Assembly: GCA_026417175.1 (NCBI GenBank)
Contig: JAOADT010000011.1
Location: 2,214 to 66,213, forward strand
DNA from: Deltaproteobacteria bacterium
GTDB taxonomy: Bacteria; Desulfobacterota; Syntrophorhabdia; Syntrophorhabdales; JANXAF01
Reading direction: 5' to 3'
Length of the DNA: 64,000 nt
The notes beneath the pieces are model-generated. The model was not told the origin of the DNA and searched no databases. It saw only the letters and a list, made by a program, of their open reading frames with translations. Made by a program: the position numbers and the translations under genes. This document shows positions 59,806 to 64,000 of the stretch, piece by piece. Positions within the stretch are counted from its first letter, which is position 1. Every line of letters begins with the position of its first letter.

Positions 59806-60468
59806 ATGGTGAATGTTCTTATTGCTCCTTCGATTCTTTCCTGCAATTTTCTTGAACTCGGAAGAGAGATAAAAGAAATCGATGAAGCTGGGTGTGATCT
59901 TATTCACGTGGATGTTATGGATGGACATTTCGTTCCTAATATTACGGTCGGTCCAATGATTGTTGATTTTATAAGAAACATAACGGAAAAACCTCTTGAC
60001 TGCCATTTAATGGTGGAAAGACCCTACCGCCTTGTAAAAGATTTTATAAAAGCTGGTTCGGACATAATAACAGTTCATGTTGAGTCAGATGCTCACATAC
60101 TGCGGACAATAGATATGATCAAAGGAGAGGGTAAAAAGGCCGGGGTGACACTTAATCCAGGGACTAGCCTACACTCTGTAGAGGAAATTCTTCCATATGT
60201 CGACGTTCTCCTTATAATGACTGTAAATCCTGGTTTTGGTGGACAACCTTTTATTCCGTCTATGTACGATAAAATAAAAAAAGCAAAAGATATGATTGAA
60301 AAGGTTAACAGGAAAGTTCACCTTGAAGTCGACGGTGGGATAAAGGTCTCCAATGCGAAGAAAGTTGTATTATCAGGCGCTGATATACTTGTAATGGGTA
60401 CTGAAATCTTCGGAAGCAAAAACTATAAGCAAAAAATCACCGAGGTGAGAAATAGTGTGGGTGAGTGA
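59806..60468 (+). CDS. rpe: Ribulose-phosphate 3-epimerase
   Basis: IAPSILS, HVDVMDGHFVPNIT, DCHLM, MTVNPGFGGQ, EVDGG; ATG 59806 after GGAGG. Confidence 0.97.
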   Translation: MVNVLIAPSILSCNFLELGREIKEIDEAGCDLIHVDVMDGHFVPNITVGPMIVDFIRNITEKPLDCHLMVERPYRLVKDFIKAGSDIITVHVESDAHILRTIDMIKGEGKKAGVTLNPGTSLHSVEEILPYVDVLLIMTVNPGFGGQPFIPSMYDKIKKAKDMIEKVNRKVHLEVDGGIKVSNAKKVVLSGADILVMGTEIFGSKNYKQKITEVRNSVGE

Positions 60469-61093
60469 AAAAGAAAAGCGAACTCGTCTTATAAAACAAG
60501 AACTTACAACTCTAAAAAGGGAACTTGTAAAAAAGGATTTGGAAAACCTTCTTCTAAATGCAAACCTTGATTACAGGCAAGAACATGGTTTGTTAGTAAA
60601 CGTACCTTTCTTTGACGAAGTGATCGAACTTGGTATTCCCTCTTTTTCTTTCCGAAAGAGCAGAGGAAATGTGGATACTTTACTGAAAATCGTTATCTTA
60701 AAATATTTGAAAAATTTAGAAAAAATTAATGATGAAAAATTTTTTGATTTTGTAAACCTGAGGGAGCTTAGTCTTATAAAAGCGAAAACTCTAAAAAGTA
60801 TTGAGAGATTATTTGCCTATGATGCAAAAAGTTTTCTGAGATACGGTATAGCGTTAGGAGGAAAAGAAATGGCCTATAGCGATACAAGCATTATTTTTAC
60901 TATACTGCCAGGGGTGGAGATTTTATTCGTTTTTAGAGAAGCGGAGGAAGAAAGAGAAGCGAAACTCGATGTTTTGGTAAAAAAAAATATTCAACAGATT
61001 TTTTCTGAAACAGAGCTTTTGTATCTGACTAAGATCATAATAAAGAAAATATTGAACTACGCGAAACTTAAAATGTGCGAGGACTTCCTATAG
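60455..61093 (+). CDS. DUF3786-like domain protein
   Basis: FVNLRELS, ALGG..Y.D.S..F.ILPGV.I, EEE.EAK..VL pattern recalled for DUF3786; not verified by search. Confidence 0.55.
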   Translation: MWVSEKEKRTRLIKQELTTLKRELVKKDLENLLLNANLDYRQEHGLLVNVPFFDEVIELGIPSFSFRKSRGNVDTLLKIVILKYLKNLEKINDEKFFDFVNLRELSLIKAKTLKSIERLFAYDAKSFLRYGIALGGKEMAYSDTSIIFTILPGVEILFVFREAEEEREAKLDVLVKKNIQQIFSETELLYLTKIIIKKILNYAKLKMCEDFL

Positions 61094-61162
61094 TAGTTTA
61101 ATCTTGTAATTTTTCGTAATAGTGTCTGTTTGAGTTATGCCAAAGCAATTAAGCCTCTTCAT

Positions 61163-62251
61163 TTAAACACTGAATCTTATATGTAAAATATCCCCATCTT
61201 TCACAATGTAATCCTTACCTTCCAGATGAACTAACCCCCTTTCCCTTGCTTCTTTCTCTGATCCTGCTTTGACGAAATCGTCGTAAGAGATCACCTCAGC
61301 CTTTATAAAACCCTTCTCCATGTCAGAATGAATCTTCCCAGCGGCCTCTACGCAGGTAGTTCCTCTCTTTATGGTCCACGCTCTCACTTCTTTTCCAACT
61401 ATAGTGTAAAAAGTTATTAAGTCTAAGATTTTATAAGCTGTCTTCACTATTTTTTCTACGGCAAGTTCCTCAAGACCATACATTTCCATGAACGATCTTT
61501 TTTCTTCATAAGGAATACAAGAGAGTTCCTCCTCAAGTTTACCGCATACATATACCACTGTGGTATGCCTTTTTTTTGCGTGTTCCTCGATTTCGTCAAT
61601 AGGAGTTCTACCGATGAGCTCCTCTCCTATATTCCCGATGTAAAAGAAAGGCTTTGCGCTCAAAAGGCTGAATGATTTAAGTAAAGATCTTTCTTCTGTA
61701 TTAAAGGATGATGTGTCTATGAAACTATAAGATTCCAGGATGCTTTTAACTTTTAGTAAAAGATCGATTTCTTTTTTTTGCTTTTCTCCGGAAAGTTTTA
61801 GCATTCGTTCCAGTTTTTTCAATCGTTCCTCTATTATCTCCAAATCAGAGATGATAAGTTCGGTTTCCACAATTTCAATATCTCTTTTTGGATTGACAGT
61901 ACCGTATACGTGAGTAATATCACCCCTTTCGAAACATCGAACAACATGTCCTATGGCATCTACTGTCCTTATATGAGAGAGAAATTTGTTTCCAAGACCC
62001 TCTCCTTTATGGGCATCTTTTATTAATCCTGCAACATCGAAGAATTCAATGCTGGTGTATGTCACTTTTTCAGGATTCACTATCGATGCCAATACCTTCA
62101 ATCTTTCGTCCGGCACATGAGAAGCACCCACGTTGGGCTCGATAGTGCAAAAAGGATAGGGATGGGCACCAGCGCAAAGTCCAGTGAGCGCATTAAATAT
62201 GGTAGATTTCCCAGAATTAGGAAGACCTATTAGTCCACAAGAAATTCCCAT
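61163..62251 (-). CDS. ychF: Redox-regulated ATPase YchF
   Basis: GLPNSGKST, YPFCTIEPN, DVAGL, GEGLGNKFL, AGKIHSD, EGKDYIVKDGD. Confidence 0.97.
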   Translation of the reverse strand: MGISCGLIGLPNSGKSTIFNALTGLCAGAHPYPFCTIEPNVGASHVPDERLKVLASIVNPEKVTYTSIEFFDVAGLIKDAHKGEGLGNKFLSHIRTVDAIGHVVRCFERGDITHVYGTVNPKRDIEIVETELIISDLEIIEERLKKLERMLKLSGEKQKKEIDLLLKVKSILESYSFIDTSSFNTEERSLLKSFSLLSAKPFFYIGNIGEELIGRTPIDEIEEHAKKRHTTVVYVCGKLEEELSCIPYEEKRSFMEMYGLEELAVEKIVKTAYKILDLITFYTIVGKEVRAWTIKRGTTCVEAAGKIHSDMEKGFIKAEVISYDDFVKAGSEKEARERGLVHLEGKDYIVKDGDILHIRFSV

Positions 62252-62254
62252 TTT

Positions 62255-62812
62255 TCATCTCATCCATTTCCGGTTGTAAAGGCTCATCGCTTTGTGCTTT
62301 CCTTCCCGGATGAGAGTCTCTATGGCTTGGGCAGCTCTATCTATAATTTCTGGAAGGAGATTTTTCTCTTCTTCGGTGAATGGAGAAAGAACATAATCCT
62401 CCGCATTTTCAGACTTGGGTCTTCCAATCCCCACTTTTAGCCTAAAAAAATCCCTCGTACCGATGTGTTCAATTACTGATCTGACCCCTCTGTGACCTCC
62501 GTCTCCCCCGTTCCATTTGATTTTTAATTCCCCAAACTCGAGATCCATATCATCATGAACTATAATAAGATGTTCACTTTCGATATTGAATTCTTTCATA
62601 AGAATCTGGACCATCTTCCCTGAGAGGTTCATAAAAGTTTGAGGCTTTGCTAGTAATATATTGTCTGATAGTCCTATGATTGAACCGTGAATCTTTTGGC
62701 AGAGTGGCAACCCGAGCCTGGACGAAAGCCTTTCTACTACCAAATACCCCGCATTGTGCCTTGTGTTTTTATATGCGAGTCCTTTATTACCGAGTCCACA
62801 TATAAAATACAC
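62255..62812 (-). CDS. pth: Peptidyl-tRNA hydrolase
   Basis: GLGN..Y..TRHNAG, KPQTFMNLSG, HDDMD, GGHRG, RLKVGIGRP, YVL. Confidence 0.96.
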   Translation of the reverse strand: MYFICGLGNKGLAYKNTRHNAGYLVVERLSSRLGLPLCQKIHGSIIGLSDNILLAKPQTFMNLSGKMVQILMKEFNIESEHLIIVHDDMDLEFGELKIKWNGGDGGHRGVRSVIEHIGTRDFFRLKVGIGRPKSENAEDYVLSPFTEEEKNLLPEIIDRAAQAIETLIREGKHKAMSLYNRKWMR

Positions 62813-62820
62813 CTAGGTCG

Positions 62821-63450
62821 CTATTCCTCTTCTTTCTTTTTCTCTATTCTTTCTGGCTCGGTGGTTTCTGTTGAAGGACCTACCTCTTCAGATGTAGGTG
62901 GCACAATGGTCACAACAGCCACATCGAGACTTCCCAATATTTTTATGCCAGGAATAGTTATTTCGTTTAAATGGACAGAGTCTCCTATATCCAGGTTAGA
63001 TATGTCAATTTCTATTTTTTCTGGAATCTGATTGGGTAAACATTCTATGAGAACAGAGTGAAGATGTTGCTCGACTATCCCACCTTTTTTTGTCCCTATT
63101 GATTCACCCACGATATGAATACCAACCTCAATTTCTACCGGTCTTTCCATGGAAATTTGTAAAAAATCTACATGAAGAACCTTATCACCAAGATAGTCGT
63201 ACTGAATATCCTTGACCATGACAGGTCTCTCTTCATACGAACCGTTGCTCTTTATTTTTAATGTCGCTATGGTAGTCCTTTTAAAATTCTTATGGAACCT
63301 GTTCCACTCCTTAAGATCAATAGAAATGAGTGTAGGGTCAATATCCTTTCCATATATAATGGCAGGAATTTTATTTGCCGATCGAAGTTTTCTTGCTTGA
63401 GATTTGCCTTTTTTTGTACGTTTCTCTGCGTAAATTACTGCATTTTCCAT
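62821..63450 (-). CDS. rplY: 50S ribosomal protein L25 (Ctc-type long form)
   Basis: ARKLR..KIPAIIYG, HVDF, GG, P.QIPE.IEIDIS.L.IGDS. Confidence 0.94.
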   Translation of the reverse strand: MENAVIYAEKRTKKGKSQARKLRSANKIPAIIYGKDIDPTLISIDLKEWNRFHKNFKRTTIATLKIKSNGSYEERPVMVKDIQYDYLGDKVLHVDFLQISMERPVEIEVGIHIVGESIGTKKGGIVEQHLHSVLIECLPNQIPEKIEIDISNLDIGDSVHLNEITIPGIKILGSLDVAVVTIVPPTSEEVGPSTETTEPERIEKKKEEE

Positions 63451-63471
63451 GTTCTTTCCTCCGCTTCTAAA

Positions 63472-64000
63472 TTATACAAAGAGTGAGCTTACTGATTCGT
63501 CGTTGTGAATTCTCTTTATAGCTTCTCCTAAAAGTGGAGCTACATCAAGGACCTTTATCTTATCAAGCTTCTTTGCCTCATCTGAAAGAGGAATAGTATT
63601 GGTCACAACCAACTCTATAAGTTCTGAATCTCTTATTCTTTCTACTGCAGCTCCAGAAAGAACGGGATGTGTACAAGATGCCATCACAGACTGCGCTCCG
63701 TTTCTCATGATCGCTTCTGCAGCCTGGACTATGGTACCCCCGGTATCTATTATGTCATCTATAAGTATAGCCACTTTATCCCTCACATCTCCAACCAAGT
63801 GCATCACTTTTGAAACATTTTCTTTTTCCCTTCTCTTATCAATTATGGCAATAGAAGCGTTTAACCTTTTGGCTAGCTCTCTTGCTCTTTCTACACCTCC
63901 GGCATCAGGAGCCACAATCACTGTGTTGTCCCTGATTTTCTTCAAGTATTCAAGTTGAACAGGTAGAGCATAAAGGTGATCAACAGGAATATCAAAAAAA
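63472..64000 (-). CDS. prs: Ribose-phosphate pyrophosphokinase (5'-truncated by window edge)
   Basis: [45 protein letters not shown]. Confidence 0.97.
   Translation of the reverse strand, partial: FFDIPVDHLYALPVQLEYLKKIRDNTVIVAPDAGGVERARELAKRLNASIAIIDKRREKENVSKVMHLVGDVRDKVAILIDDIIDTGGTIVQAAEAIMRNGAQSVMASCTHPVLSGAAVERIRDSELIELVVTNTIPLSDEAKKLDKIKVLDVAPLLGEAIKRIHNDESVSSLFV

Noticed and set aside
13441-60987. Other A9 runs (13441, 19528, 29557, 53892, 58065, 60979) as slippage sites
   Set aside because: All lie within uninterrupted ORFs and encode Lys runs. They show that A9 alone is not diagnostic and serve as controls for the DUF374 site.
61088-61162. 24-aa minus-strand ORF starting right after the ychF stop (MKRLNCFGITQTDTITKNYKIKLL)
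   Set aside because: Too short, with no SD or motif; it cannot be distinguished from chance in AT-rich DNA.
598-63958. Many 60-150 aa ORFs antisense to or nested in recognised genes (e.g. 1207-1563, 6738-7091, 15064-15522, 46490-46900)
   Set aside because: They fully overlap well-supported conserved genes and show no recognisable motifs; they are shadow ORFs.
1-64000. CRISPR arrays, tRNA/rRNA genes, IS elements, prophage or defence islands
   Set aside because: I saw no spaced repeats, cloverleaf-like segments, transposase, integrase or phage genes. Intergenic space is minimal, but no covariance-model search was run.

Overview
A gene-dense, AT-rich bacterial chromosome segment made almost entirely of core genes, from a diderm (LPS-bearing) organism. 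Gene content is compatible with an anaerobic, possibly thermophilic Desulfobacterota-like lineage, but that is inference only. In order it contains: (1) the S10-spc-alpha ribosomal protein cluster from rpsS to rplQ, lacking adk (1-11.4 kb); (2) rarA-thiL-yhaM-like-rsmE-DUF218-like-dprA-topA-trmFO; (3) a reverse-strand response regulator/histidine kinase/degP/pilC unit; (4) trmI and a LOG-family gene; (5) a ROK/methyltransferase/GT2/tandem LPS-kinase/GT4 cluster; (6) assorted housekeeping genes, an MFS transporter, a MoxR-VWA pair and ispG; (7) an MTA-deaminase/MTI-phosphorylase salvage operon; (8) a bamA-skp-lpxD-fabZ-lpxA-gnnA-like-lpxB-msbA-DUF374-waaA lipid A operon; (9) mazG, csp, a DUF39 homocysteine-biosynthesis gene, htpX-rsmB-PASTA-rpe, and the prs-rplY-pth-ychF operon. 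I saw no rRNA, tRNA, CRISPR array, IS element or prophage. The most notable observations are these. The DUF374 (LpxJ-like) acyltransferase is split by a -1 frame change exactly at an A9 run, a candidate recoding or phase-variation switch on lipid A acylation, though a sequencing error cannot be excluded. Many operon-first genes appear leaderless, including two very compact bidirectional promoters. A hairpin sequesters the SD of an FmdB-type zinc-ribbon gene. The rsmB reading frame seems to begin upstream of any standard start codon.
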